NCBI GenBank assembly: GCA_964518865.1 | Contig: CAZFIB010000003.1 | Location: forward strand, 10,520 to 74,519 | DNA: 64,000 nucleotides | Direction: 5' to 3' | Origin: an uncultured Thermodesulfobacteriota bacterium | GTDB lineage: Bacteria; Desulfobacterota; WTBG01; CAIYCZ01; CAIRTM01 | Shown: one piece after another, positions 40,422 to 49,820 of the stretch | Layout of the letters: each line of letters opens with the position of its first letter | Numbering within the stretch: the stretch's first letter is position 1 | Position numbers and translations under genes: made by a program | The notes under the pieces: model-generated | The model's input: the letters and a program-made list of their open reading frames with translations, nothing else | Databases searched by the model: none | Told to the model about the DNA's origin: nothing

Positions 40422-41014
40422 GCCGGGTGCCTCCGCTGCGGAAACGGATTTCGCCTGCCCGCAATAATCTCCTGGAGTTTCAATATGCCCTCTATCAGCC
40501 CTTCCGGCCGCGGCGGACAGCCCGGCACATAGACATCAACCGGTATCAGCCTGTCGACCCCCTCTATGACATAGTAGTTTCCTTCACCGGCAAACGGCCC
40601 GCCGGAAACCGCGCAATTGCCCAGAGCGATAACCCACTTGGGGTACGGCATCTGCTGGTACAGGGTAATGACCGACTCTGCCATCTTTTTGTTGACCGTG
40701 CCGGCCACGATCATAAGGTCTGCCTGTCGCGGCGAAGGCCGAAACACTTCGGCACCGTAGCGGGAAAGGTCAAAGCGGGCCATGCCCGCGCTCATCATCT
40801 CGATGGCACAGCACGACAGACCGAATGTCAAAGGCCACAGGGAGTTGGCGCGGCAGAGATTCTGCAGCTTTTCGCTGAGCCGCATGCGTCCGAGCACGCC
40901 GGCCTGCTGCAGCTCCTGCCCCTCTTCAAACTTTGAGCGCAGGCGGGAGGCAAACTCGTTGATGTCTAATAAATCTTTTTTTCGCTGCTCCAGAGAAAGA
41001 CTCCTTTCCTCCAT
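40418..41014 (-). CDS. nuoB: NADH-quinone oxidoreductase subunit B (20 kDa, N2 cluster)
   Basis: '[17 protein letters not shown]', '[10 protein letters not shown]' and '[10 protein letters not shown]' cysteine motifs. The exact start is uncertain (overlaps nuoA). Confidence 0.85.
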
Positions 41015-41361
41015 GCATATACCAGCCCCAGTGACAGAATGCCCAGGAACAGAACAAAAGCCGTTATGCCGCGAACCCGTTCGACCGCGTCAAAGGCGGC
41101 CGCAACGGGATACAGATAGAGAACATCAACCTCGAATGCCAGAAATATGAGGGCGTATAAATAATAGGCTATGCCGTGGCGAAAGTCCCACGACTGTCCG
41201 AAGGGCACGATCCCGCACTCATACGTCTGCAGCATGGCTGGCGAAATTCGTGCCGCAGGGCGCAGAAGGCGGGAGGCAAGAAACGGCAGACATGCAGCTG
41301 CAATACCGCTGCCCGCAAACAGGCTGATGTAAATGTATGCTCTGAGGTCTGCAAATTCCAT
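40966..41361 (-). CDS. nuoA: NADH-quinone oxidoreductase subunit A
   Basis: Start chosen at the internal ATG giving ~131 aa and 3 TM. 'YECGIVPFG' is the NuoA motif. The upstream extension lacks homology. Confidence 0.8.
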   Translation of the reverse strand: MEFADLRAYIYISLFAGSGIAAACLPFLASRLLRPAARISPAMLQTYECGIVPFGQSWDFRHGIAYYLYALIFLAFEVDVLYLYPVAAAFDAVERVRGITAFVLFLGILSLGLVYAWRKGVFLWSSEKKIY

Positions 41362-41400
41362 GAAAAGAACTAACAAACACCGCTGTAGTACACTGCGGAC

Positions 41401-41419
41401 ATGCAGGCAACACCTGCAT
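41401..41419 (-). promoter_or_regulatory. perfect 7-bp inverted repeat (ATGCAGG-N5-CCTGCAT) ~40-58 nt upstream of nuoA
   Basis: The palindrome is read directly in the nuo leader. It is a candidate operator or 5'-UTR hairpin. Confidence 0.3.
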
Positions 41420-41636
41420 GCGGAGAACGCGCACCCGCACGCTGCACCGTATGCGGTTTGCCCGTTGAAGACCCTCACCGGCCGGAGCACAGTAGTGCCG
41501 GCTGGAGGGGAGGCACCCTGATATAAAAAAGTAAAGTATACAGAAGCTGCCGGACGTGTCAACCGCTATCAGCGGCATACGGACGGCACGAACGGATGCC
41601 CTATAAGCCATTAAGTATTATTCTATTAAAATACTA

Positions 41637-43148
41637 CTAAACGGATTCACTGTCAAGAGCTGTGGGCTCCTGCGGTTTTTCTCTGCCTGATATCAGCCGA
41701 AACACAGCCCCTGCGCACAGCACGAGAAAAGGCGCATCAACCGGCAGGCGGAATCGGTTGTTCTCCCCGAATTCGATCAGCGATGATACCGACAGCACAT
41801 ACACGTGAACCAGCAGGCAGAGCAGCAGCACCGGCACGGCTGCGTCACCTGATGTTTTTCTGCGCAGTGCGGCATAAAGCGCTCCGGCATAGGCGGCAAG
41901 CAGCACTGCGCTCATACATGCCGTGCGAATCCACACGCCCGGCACCTCGTGCTTGCTTCGCACACCCAGAAAGCCGAAATGCAGAAAGCGGTACACCTTT
42001 TCCATGCCGCTCAGCAGTTCCATATGTTTTTCAAACAGACCGTGCACCGAATCGGATGAATGCCAGAGCGTCAGGCTGTAGGAGCCCAGCGTGTAAAAGG
42101 CGAACAGCCCCGGGTCATGACGGATAAGGCGCAGTGCATCCCGGCCGAGCTGACGCGAAAGCCGTACATAGCCGATATGATTGAAGTTCGGCTTGCCGCT
42201 GCTTTTCCACTCGGCGCAGTCCGCTTGATGATGGCACGGCATAGCTTCCAGCTCGACCCCGCTGTAAAACCTGCTGATCGGCACAAATGCCTGCAGTTGG
42301 GCCCGGCAGGCAAGCCTGCTGACGGTCCCCCGCTCGTACAGAGCCTCAATCCGCTCAGGGGGCAGACCGTTCGCCTTGGTCCACAGGCTCATACCGGTCC
42401 ATGAGGATGTTCCGAAAAAGCCGAAAATTAACAGATTTTTGCAGCAGACAAGCCCGAGGGGAACAAGCGCGACAAGCGAAAACCGCAGCATCCGCGCGGC
42501 GTCGGCGCGCTGCCTGCGCACAAAAAGCAAATAGGCCCATAAAAGTCCGGCAGCTGCAGGAAAAAACACCGGATGAAACAGCGATCGAACCAGACCCAGA
42601 CATCCAAGCGCAGCCCAGAAAAGAAACAGGGGAAGCCGTGTGCCCGAACAGCTCCACCAGGAGAGAAAAAACACAGCCGCGATGACAAGAAACACCTCAC
42701 AGTACGTGTAGTAAAGAAGGTGTTCATAAAGCAGCAGACTCGGGTTCAGCATAAAAACAAGTGTCAGCACAAAAGACACCGGGCGCCGGACACCCACCAG
42801 CACGAGGCTGCCGAACAGCAGAAGCGGTATTAGAGCACCCCAGGTTGTAAAGCATATGTTGAAGGTGAGGCTCGGGTCCGGTGATATTTTCAGCGCAGTG
42901 CCGAGAAACAGGTTGAAACACGGCGGCTGGCTGTGAAGATAGAAAAGCCCCTCGAGCAGATCGTTTCGAAGTACCGTCGGATCAAGGTATTGTTTCGCAA
43001 AGCCGATGGGGCTGTCGAGAAACTTACCTCCGGCCCGGTAAAATACAATCCTGCTGAGTGCAAAAACGAACAGCAGCACAAGGCCGTAGCCCGGTTCGCG
43101 AAGAAGCAGTATGCGGTCTGATTTCTCTTTCGGATTAACAGCATTCAT
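41637..43148 (-). CDS. polytopic membrane protein, possible GT-C-like glycosyltransferase paralog
   Basis: 503 aa with ~9 N-terminal TM helices and acidic/PP motifs in the first loop (…LDPTVLRNDLLEGLFYLHSQPP…). It is distantly similar to the protein at 45620-47257. Confidence 0.4.
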   Translation of the reverse strand: MNAVNPKEKSDRILLLREPGYGLVLLFVFALSRIVFYRAGGKFLDSPIGFAKQYLDPTVLRNDLLEGLFYLHSQPPCFNLFLGTALKISPDPSLTFNICFTTWGALIPLLLFGSLVLVGVRRPVSFVLTLVFMLNPSLLLYEHLLYYTYCEVFLVIAAVFFLSWWSCSGTRLPLFLFWAALGCLGLVRSLFHPVFFPAAAGLLWAYLLFVRRQRADAARMLRFSLVALVPLGLVCCKNLLIFGFFGTSSWTGMSLWTKANGLPPERIEALYERGTVSRLACRAQLQAFVPISRFYSGVELEAMPCHHQADCAEWKSSGKPNFNHIGYVRLSRQLGRDALRLIRHDPGLFAFYTLGSYSLTLWHSSDSVHGLFEKHMELLSGMEKVYRFLHFGFLGVRSKHEVPGVWIRTACMSAVLLAAYAGALYAALRRKTSGDAAVPVLLLCLLVHVYVLSVSSLIEFGENNRFRLPVDAPFLVLCAGAVFRLISGREKPQEPTALDSESV

Positions 43149-43220
43149 GCTGATCCACTTCTCGACCCGGGAACGGACGAAAAATACATACTAAAGAATT
43201 ATTCACAATACGTATAGCCA

Positions 43221-43330
43221 CTCTGTCATTTCGAAGGAGCACGGCGACTGAGAAATCTCACGCCCCTGAAGAGATTTCTCCCTGCGGTCGAAATGACAAA
43301 AAACAGACGGCTGCAGAATAAAGGGGTCTG
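43221..43330 (+). repeat. structured ~110-nt intergenic repeat element, copy B (best-preserved)
   Basis: GTCATTTCGA[…]GAGAAATCTC[loop]GAGATTTCTC[…]TCGAAATGAC followed by AAAAAACAGACGGCTGCAG. Confidence 0.7.
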
Positions 43331-43539
43331 CTTTAAAACGCTAAACTGATTATTACATACTTACTATGGAATTACAAAGGCTTATATGGTCAGGCAGGCA
43401 TGCCGTTCCCTCTCTCAAGGCAGATACTGCATCATGCTGCTCTGCGTACTTAAGGCGGGTTCCGGCTCTTTTTTTTAGATAATATGAAATGCACAAAAGG
43501 TGTCTGATCAAAGAAGGGTAACGGGTCGAGCAAGGTCAG

Positions 43540-44628
43540 CTAATGCGCGTGGTCGGTACTGTGCCGGTCGGCAATCAAGTCATTCGAGGGAGGCACCGGC
43601 CCGCTCACCCCTCTGTTGCGGCCCTGATGCTTGGCCTGATATAAATATGTATCGGCGGCATGAATAAGGCTGTCAAACAGGGTATCGCTGTCTTCCGTTA
43701 TGAGGTCGAATCCGGCAATGCCGTAGCTTGACGTAACGACGATCGAATGCTGTTTCACGGCAACAACCATGTTCGAGAGATTCTCCTGAAGGCGCTCTAC
43801 CATCCGGCAGGCCCGGTCAATTCCGGTAGCGGGCAATACGATCAGAAATTCCTCGCCGCCGAACCGGGCGATCCAGTCGACATTTTGCCTGATCGTCTGT
43901 CGTATGCAGGCAACAAACGCCTGCAGAACTGTATCGCCCGCCTGGTGGCCGTAGGTATCGTTGACTTTCTTGAAATGATCGATATCGCACAGCACAATAG
44001 ACAGAGGCGACCCGTACCGCTTTGCGCGCTTGAGCTCCCCAGGTAAAAATTCATTGATATATGCCCTGTTATAACAGCCGGTCAGGCTGTCGGTAATGGA
44101 AAGAAGCTGTATTTTTTCATTCGCCTTCTTGCGTTTTTTGACTTCGCGCTGCAGCCTGATATTGGCCATTTCAGCTTTCAGCGCCATTTCGTTTGCCCGC
44201 TCGATGGCGGACTCAAGCTGCTCGTTCATCATTCTGAACTTGTGAAGGATTTCCCGCTCCCGTTTTATTCTGACAATTCGTGCTTTCAGCTCCTTTATCT
44301 CAAAAGGCTTGACCATGTAGTCTGCGGCGCCGGCCTCGATTATGTCGACATACGGGTAGTCGGAGGCATAACCGGTCATGATAATGAAATCAAGTTCCGG
44401 AAATGTTCTTTTTGTTTCCTTCATGAACTGAAGGCCGTCCTTAACCGGCATTTCAATATCAGACAGAACAAGGTCGAAACGGTGTTGTGCAAGATGCCGG
44501 TCAGCTTCTGCCGGGTCGAGAGCGGTTGTACATGAGTAACCCTCTCCCGTGAGATTGCTGTGAAGAAAATCGAGCATCGCTTCGTCATCATCGACAACGA
44601 GAATGTTTTTCAGGGAGGCCATTTCCAT
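43540..44628 (-). CDS. response regulator receiver-GGDEF diguanylate cyclase
   Basis: REC domain (ILVVDDDEAM…LSDIEMP), then a coiled coil, then a GGDEF domain with an intact 'RFGGEEF' motif. Start chosen at the internal ATG (MEMASLKN…). Confidence 0.85.
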   Translation of the reverse strand: MEMASLKNILVVDDDEAMLDFLHSNLTGEGYSCTTALDPAEADRHLAQHRFDLVLSDIEMPVKDGLQFMKETKRTFPELDFIIMTGYASDYPYVDIIEAGAADYMVKPFEIKELKARIVRIKREREILHKFRMMNEQLESAIERANEMALKAEMANIRLQREVKKRKKANEKIQLLSITDSLTGCYNRAYINEFLPGELKRAKRYGSPLSIVLCDIDHFKKVNDTYGHQAGDTVLQAFVACIRQTIRQNVDWIARFGGEEFLIVLPATGIDRACRMVERLQENLSNMVVAVKQHSIVVTSSYGIAGFDLITEDSDTLFDSLIHAADTYLYQAKHQGRNRGVSGPVPPSNDLIADRHSTDHAH

Positions 44629-44862
44629 AGCGGTATACGTTCGCCGGCATGCACTGTTCTTCGGTACGGGCGCCATTCTGATGCATGGCAACGTGTCTGG
44701 AAATAGTATCGGTCGGAAGAGATCAGCAATTGATTGATAATGTACTGTTTAACGCTTTTTTAATCATTTTTTTAAAAACTATGCCCCGGCACCTGTTCAC
44801 AGCGGAAAATCGGAAATTATACATGCGATTATCGAAAAAAGCCGGGAGGGGGTCGGCACAGG

Positions 44863-45540
44863 CTATTCGTCATATCTTTCAGGCAGCATTCCGTTTGAGG
44901 ACGGGGCAATAGGGCTTTTGCACTTCACGATATAGTGACAAAGGTCTTCGATTTTGTGGACGGTTGAGAAGTGAAACCTTTTTTCCAGCATATTGAAAAA
45001 CACATGCGAATTGTCAAGCCATTTAAAGTAGGTTTCACCCTCTTCAATAAGTGCTGCGTTACGCAGCTGCACCAGGGGCGGAATAATGTTTACCAGCGGA
45101 GAGAGCAGCACAACGTGATACAGGTCACGAAACCAGGTTTTGCGGGGCTCTATAAAACAGAAATAGCCCTCCGGCTTGAGCAGCCGTTTGACCTCAGTGA
45201 TTAACGGGTCGAGGTCGAGGAAATGATGCAGCGCCTTGTGTATGATAATAGCGTCAAAAATGTCTTCCCTGAAGGGGCAATGGTTTGCATCTGCCTGAAC
45301 AAGCGGAATGTTGTTTTTTGCGCGTTTCAAAAGGTTATTTGAAACATCCAGACCGGTAAGGTTGCGGTATCCGGCCCGCCTGAAAACATCAAGGGTGCCC
45401 CCGTTTCCGCAGCAGAGATCAAGTATACGGGAATCATGGTGCAGGTTCCACTTTTTCATTACCTTGGCGAACTTACCCGGGTTGGTAACGATCCGGACAA
45501 GCCTCAGGTAGGTTTGCTCCCATTCCTCCGAGCATATCAT
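44863..45540 (-). CDS. class I SAM-dependent methyltransferase
   Basis: Motif I 'ILDLCCGNGGT' and an acidic loop 'LTGLDVS'. Confidence 0.8.
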   Translation of the reverse strand: MICSEEWEQTYLRLVRIVTNPGKFAKVMKKWNLHHDSRILDLCCGNGGTLDVFRRAGYRNLTGLDVSNNLLKRAKNNIPLVQADANHCPFREDIFDAIIIHKALHHFLDLDPLITEVKRLLKPEGYFCFIEPRKTWFRDLYHVVLLSPLVNIIPPLVQLRNAALIEEGETYFKWLDNSHVFFNMLEKRFHFSTVHKIEDLCHYIVKCKSPIAPSSNGMLPERYDE

Positions 45541-45619
45541 AATGCACTCTGCCGCATGTCAACGTAGTACTGGTTTCTGGCAATACATACTACATTTGAT
45601 TAGGAAATGAAATAAAAAG

Positions 45620-47257
45620 CTATCGTTCGGCGTGCGGATCCTTTGGAAGGAGAACAATTTCCGGCCGTGTCATAAACCCTGTCGGGTTTCTGAAAACATC
45701 TTCACCCTGGTAGTCTATCCGGCGGGCAGGGTAATAATGCCGTTCGATTGCACGGGAGAGCGGCTCGTCGCTTTCCAGCAGAAGATCAACATTTTTAAAG
45801 GCATACCGCTTTTCCATATGCGTATAGTAGCTTGTATCGTCGATAATAATCGCTGCGAAGTGATGGTTTGATATTTTTGCAATGAGATCATTCGGCACAA
45901 ATCCTTCCGGTGAAAGAATTTGATAGCCCCAGAATGCACCGGCATTAAAAATCATATCTTTTCCGGCCATAACAGCATACATTGAATGATAGGGAATATA
46001 CACCTCTCCGGGCAGCTCGCGGACCATTTCCATAAACCGGTTTCCCGCTTCAGTCGAGCCCGGGGCCGGTATGACACTTTTAGGATCATACAGCTGCAAA
46101 GCAAGCTGTACGGCCAGCAAACCATACAGCACTGAGCCCGCCACACAGCGAAGCCGTACGGAGCGAAGCGCTTGAACGCGTCCAAGCAGCATGCCCAGCA
46201 GAACCGCACCCCAGATTGTCAGGTACATAAAATCGTTTTTCTCTGAGCCGACGTTCGGCCTGATCATGCAATACGATACGACAGCGGCACCGGCGGTATA
46301 CTCCCATACCGAATAGTCGGAAGGCTTTCTGCGTGTCACCAGGGAACACACGACGAAGGCAAGCAAAAGGGAAAAAAATATCGGCAGGCGGTAGCAGATT
46401 TCATAGCGGATTTCCGCCGGCAGCTTGCTTTTGATATCCATAATAAGATCGTAGTAAAGATTGGGCATTGAGGATGCCACACTGTCCGAGTAGCGCAGGG
46501 GATTGAGAAGCGTGTAAACGGCAAACCAGCCGTCGGTGACGGCGGTCAGCACCAGAAAAACTGCGACAACAGCGCCGAGCGTTGCAGCGGTAAACACGAA
46601 CGCCTTTTTGCGGTCCACACTCAAAAGATACAGCCCTGCAAAGGGCACATACACCAGCGCCGACTGCTTTGTGAAGCAGGCCAGCACAAAAAAACCGACA
46701 GCTGCCGGCAGCCAGCGGCTTCGGCTGCTGTAGTTGCCAACCGCCAGGCAGCCGCCCAGAAGCAGCAGAAAAAAAACCATGTCAACCCGCCCCACGTCAT
46801 ACCAGGGGCCGTGCAAATGATAAAAGCTCACAAACATGCTGCAGCTCACAAAGGCGGCTGCCGCACCGGCCCCCTGTGACCGAACGATGCGGTAGATAAC
46901 AGCTATAATACCCGCGCAGGCTGCAAGAGAAACCAGGCGCTGACTGAAAAAGGAAACCCCCAAAAGCCTGGCGGCCGCAGCCACGACGACATAATATACC
47001 GGCGGATACAGCTCGGCGACCAGCTCGGTTGACGGTGCAGCATACACAGGCTCGCCATCCATAAGCCGGATGACATGACACAGCAGTTCTCCCTCGAGCC
47101 ACTCAAGCTCAAACGGGTACATCAGGCGCACGAGAGCACAGTACAGAAAACAAAGCCAGAATACCGCCAGCAGTACACAGACAGCTGTCCATGCGGCATT
47201 GTAAAAACCTCGCGCGGCTGACAGGCCTGTTGGATGTGTTGCCGGTGCAGTTCCCAT
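45620..47257 (-). CDS. GT-C-fold (ArnT/PMT-like) membrane glycosyltransferase candidate
   Basis: 545 aa with ~11-12 TM helices and a C-terminal soluble domain. The acidic first loop (ELEWLEGE…ELYPP) resembles the GT-C catalytic loop. Confidence 0.55.
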   Translation of the reverse strand: MGTAPATHPTGLSAARGFYNAAWTAVCVLLAVFWLCFLYCALVRLMYPFELEWLEGELLCHVIRLMDGEPVYAAPSTELVAELYPPVYYVVVAAAARLLGVSFFSQRLVSLAACAGIIAVIYRIVRSQGAGAAAAFVSCSMFVSFYHLHGPWYDVGRVDMVFFLLLLGGCLAVGNYSSRSRWLPAAVGFFVLACFTKQSALVYVPFAGLYLLSVDRKKAFVFTAATLGAVVAVFLVLTAVTDGWFAVYTLLNPLRYSDSVASSMPNLYYDLIMDIKSKLPAEIRYEICYRLPIFFSLLLAFVVCSLVTRRKPSDYSVWEYTAGAAVVSYCMIRPNVGSEKNDFMYLTIWGAVLLGMLLGRVQALRSVRLRCVAGSVLYGLLAVQLALQLYDPKSVIPAPGSTEAGNRFMEMVRELPGEVYIPYHSMYAVMAGKDMIFNAGAFWGYQILSPEGFVPNDLIAKISNHHFAAIIIDDTSYYTHMEKRYAFKNVDLLLESDEPLSRAIERHYYPARRIDYQGEDVFRNPTGFMTRPEIVLLPKDPHAER

Positions 47258-47636
47258 ACGAGTCCTCTGAAACGGTCTGTTCGCAAAATGCCGCAGGCAG
47301 CAGATTACAACAGCATCACGTTATAACCAACAAAAAACCTCCAATGCAAGCTAAACCTGAATCGTCGTTGCTGTTGGCCTGATAATAGATCGTATTGCGA
47401 TTGATTGGAATAGCAACTATTGAATTACAATACTTATTATTTTATACTAATACTTTAGTAGTATATTTTAAAAAATTAAAATAAGAATATAAATACGCTG
47501 AACGGTCGATTGTGCTTTTTGCCCGATAAAACTATATTTTTATATAAATAATCACCTTTGAAACGCATACGGTCAGACGTCTATACCAGAAAAAGTAGTA
47601 TTATTTGACAGTAAAAATTCATACAAAGGGCATGAA

Positions 47637-48593
47637 ATGAAAAATATAGGAATCGCAACGGCAATACTTTTTATGGTACTTATTATATTAGATACGCCAT
47701 CTGCAGTATCATATGAATACCTGGATGACAACAGCAATCCCGGGCATGAACAGGATCTGTATGAAATATTCAATACTGTTTTCGATACCGACTACACTTC
47801 ATCTGATCACATATATTACGATTGCGGTCTTGCCGACGAAGATGATGATCAGTGGCATGAAATCGGCAGCGGCCATATCAGCATAACCGTCCGCTATGCC
47901 GGATACGAGCAGGAGCTCGGTATCATCGACACCTCCGGCACCTATTACACGATAGCTGCCGACATTCCGAAAGGTTTTTCCAACATACAGGCCCTGCTGC
48001 CCATTCCGGATGACTTTGTTTTTGTCGAAAAGCTTGGCGGCAAAGGAAGCGGCACGGGGCCCTGGTACTCAGACGACCGGAATTCTGAAAATGTCGATCA
48101 TTTCATGGCGTTTGACGTAACAGAGCTGTACAGAAAAAAATTTTCATCTGATGTCGACCGGGCATGGTTTATTGCATTCGAGGACGGGCCGGACGGGGCC
48201 GATTTTGACTATAATGATTTGATCTGTGTTGTTGCAGATGTGGAACCGACCCTCATCGAGCTGTCGTCGTTTACGGCTGTACCGTTCAGCAACAAAGTCA
48301 TGATTAACTGGTCGACTGCCTCCGAAGTCGATTGCGTAGGGTTCAATATGTATCGCGCAGAATCATCCGACGGAGACTACCGGAAAATCAACGAGGCTGT
48401 TATACCTTGCACAGGTTCTCCCGTAAGCGGTGACTCATATCTTTTCATCGACGAATCCGCGGTTAACCGAAAGACGTATTTTTACCGGCTTGAAGATATC
48501 GACCGTTTCGGCGAAACAACCCTTCACAGGCCCGTTCAGGCTACACCCCGGTTCATTTTTGCCCTTTTGCAGGGCCTGGCTTCGTACCGCTAG
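47637..48593 (+). CDS. secreted protein with DUF4114-like domain and C-terminal Fn3/Ig-like domain
   Basis: Signal peptide. 'AWFIAFEDGPDGADFDYNDLICVV' matches the DUF4114 core. The C-terminal 'IELSSFTA…INWSTASEVDCVGFNMYR…YFYRLEDID' is a conserved beta-sandwich module. Confidence 0.55.
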   Translation: MKNIGIATAILFMVLIILDTPSAVSYEYLDDNSNPGHEQDLYEIFNTVFDTDYTSSDHIYYDCGLADEDDDQWHEIGSGHISITVRYAGYEQELGIIDTSGTYYTIAADIPKGFSNIQALLPIPDDFVFVEKLGGKGSGTGPWYSDDRNSENVDHFMAFDVTELYRKKFSSDVDRAWFIAFEDGPDGADFDYNDLICVVADVEPTLIELSSFTAVPFSNKVMINWSTASEVDCVGFNMYRAESSDGDYRKINEAVIPCTGSPVSGDSYLFIDESAVNRKTYFYRLEDIDRFGETTLHRPVQATPRFIFALLQGLASYR

Positions 48594-48620
48594 AGCATTT
48601 TTCACGCTGCTGCAGTCCTT

Positions 48621-48740
48621 CCGTCATTTTTAAGCAGCACAGCGACTGAGAAATCTCAAGCAAATGAATATATTTCTCTCCCTTCGGTCGAAACAACAAA
48701 AAAAGACGGCTGCAGAAAACAGAAAATTGCTCTGTCCTCC
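48621..48740 (+). repeat. structured ~110-nt intergenic repeat element, copy C (partly degenerate outer stem)
   Basis: Alignable with copy B throughout. It shares 'GACGGCTGCAGAAAACAGAAAATTGCTCTG' with the reverse complement of copy A. Confidence 0.65.
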
Positions 48741-48878
48741 GGTGCTGTTTCTCGATGCCGTGCCGACAAACTAGTTTTTGCAATAGCGCACGTATTGTTC
48801 TAAAATACTGACTCTGCACCCCGGCTGAGGGAACAAAACGGCGTTCGTTTTTTCCGCTATCAGGCACAAGGAGTCCGT

Positions 48879-49820
48879 ATGGGTATCAAAATGACAACGG
48901 CTGAAATCGTGAAGGCCACGGGAGGAAGGCTTGCAACCGGTTTTGCGCTTTCCATGATTCAATCCCTGTGCACAGACCCGGCCCGGGTTGAAGACGGCGC
49001 GTTGTTTATACCACTGGAAACCAGTGGTCTGCAGCATTCGGTCGACCGGGCCTTCCGTTGCGGCGCCATAACGGCGCTGGTTCCCGGCTCCGACACTGCA
49101 TGTGCCGCCACGCTGAAAAAACATCCGAAAAAAATTATTATCGAAATCGATGACCCGCACAGAGCTGTCGGTGAGATCGCCCGCTACTGGCGGCAGCAGT
49201 TACGGATTCCGATCGCACTGATTGTCGGGGCCGAAAAAGCCGCTGCCGTCAGGCACATCTCCTGGAGCATTACCCGTACCATGCTCGGAAGCCGCACAGT
49301 TGAAAACAACGACAGCCCTTTGTCAACAGCGTTGTTTCTGGCTGATTTAAATGCAGATTCCCGGGCGGCAATTATCGATGCCGGAACAATGAATGAAGCC
49401 GATCTCATGCGGTGCTTTGATATCTGCGTTCCCGATATCGGCATGGTAACCGATTCCGAACCGGCGCAAAGCCGGATGCATACGGCATTTATGCAGCGTT
49501 TTGAAAAAGACACAATTATCATCTGCAACAATGACGACCGCCGGGCTCTGAAAAGTGCAGAAAAAGCATCTGCCCGCACAATTTCATTCGGTACGAAAAA
49601 AGCCGATATACATGCCTCGTCGACAAAGCATGCAAAAAGCGGTATCGTCTCTTTTGACCTGCACCTGCCCGATAACGCTGTACAGCTTCGCATGACGCTG
49701 CCTGCCGGCATCGACCTGAGCTGCATTCTGGCAGCAGCTGCCCTGGCACACGGCTTCGGTCTTACCGCCGAAGCGGTTAAACAGGGGCTCGAAAATCTGC
49801 AGAACCATCAGGTTTCCTGA
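48879..49820 (+). CDS. Mur-ligase (MurF-like) N-terminal/central-domain protein lacking P-loop
   Basis: AAGGAG RBS. The N-terminus 'VKATGGRLATG…DPARVEDGALFIPL…GAITALV' resembles the MurF N-terminal domain. The expected GxxGKT/S position reads 'GAEKAAAV', and at 313 aa the protein is too short for a full ligase. Confidence 0.45.
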   Translation: MGIKMTTAEIVKATGGRLATGFALSMIQSLCTDPARVEDGALFIPLETSGLQHSVDRAFRCGAITALVPGSDTACAATLKKHPKKIIIEIDDPHRAVGEIARYWRQQLRIPIALIVGAEKAAAVRHISWSITRTMLGSRTVENNDSPLSTALFLADLNADSRAAIIDAGTMNEADLMRCFDICVPDIGMVTDSEPAQSRMHTAFMQRFEKDTIIICNNDDRRALKSAEKASARTISFGTKKADIHASSTKHAKSGIVSFDLHLPDNAVQLRMTLPAGIDLSCILAAAALAHGFGLTAEAVKQGLENLQNHQVS

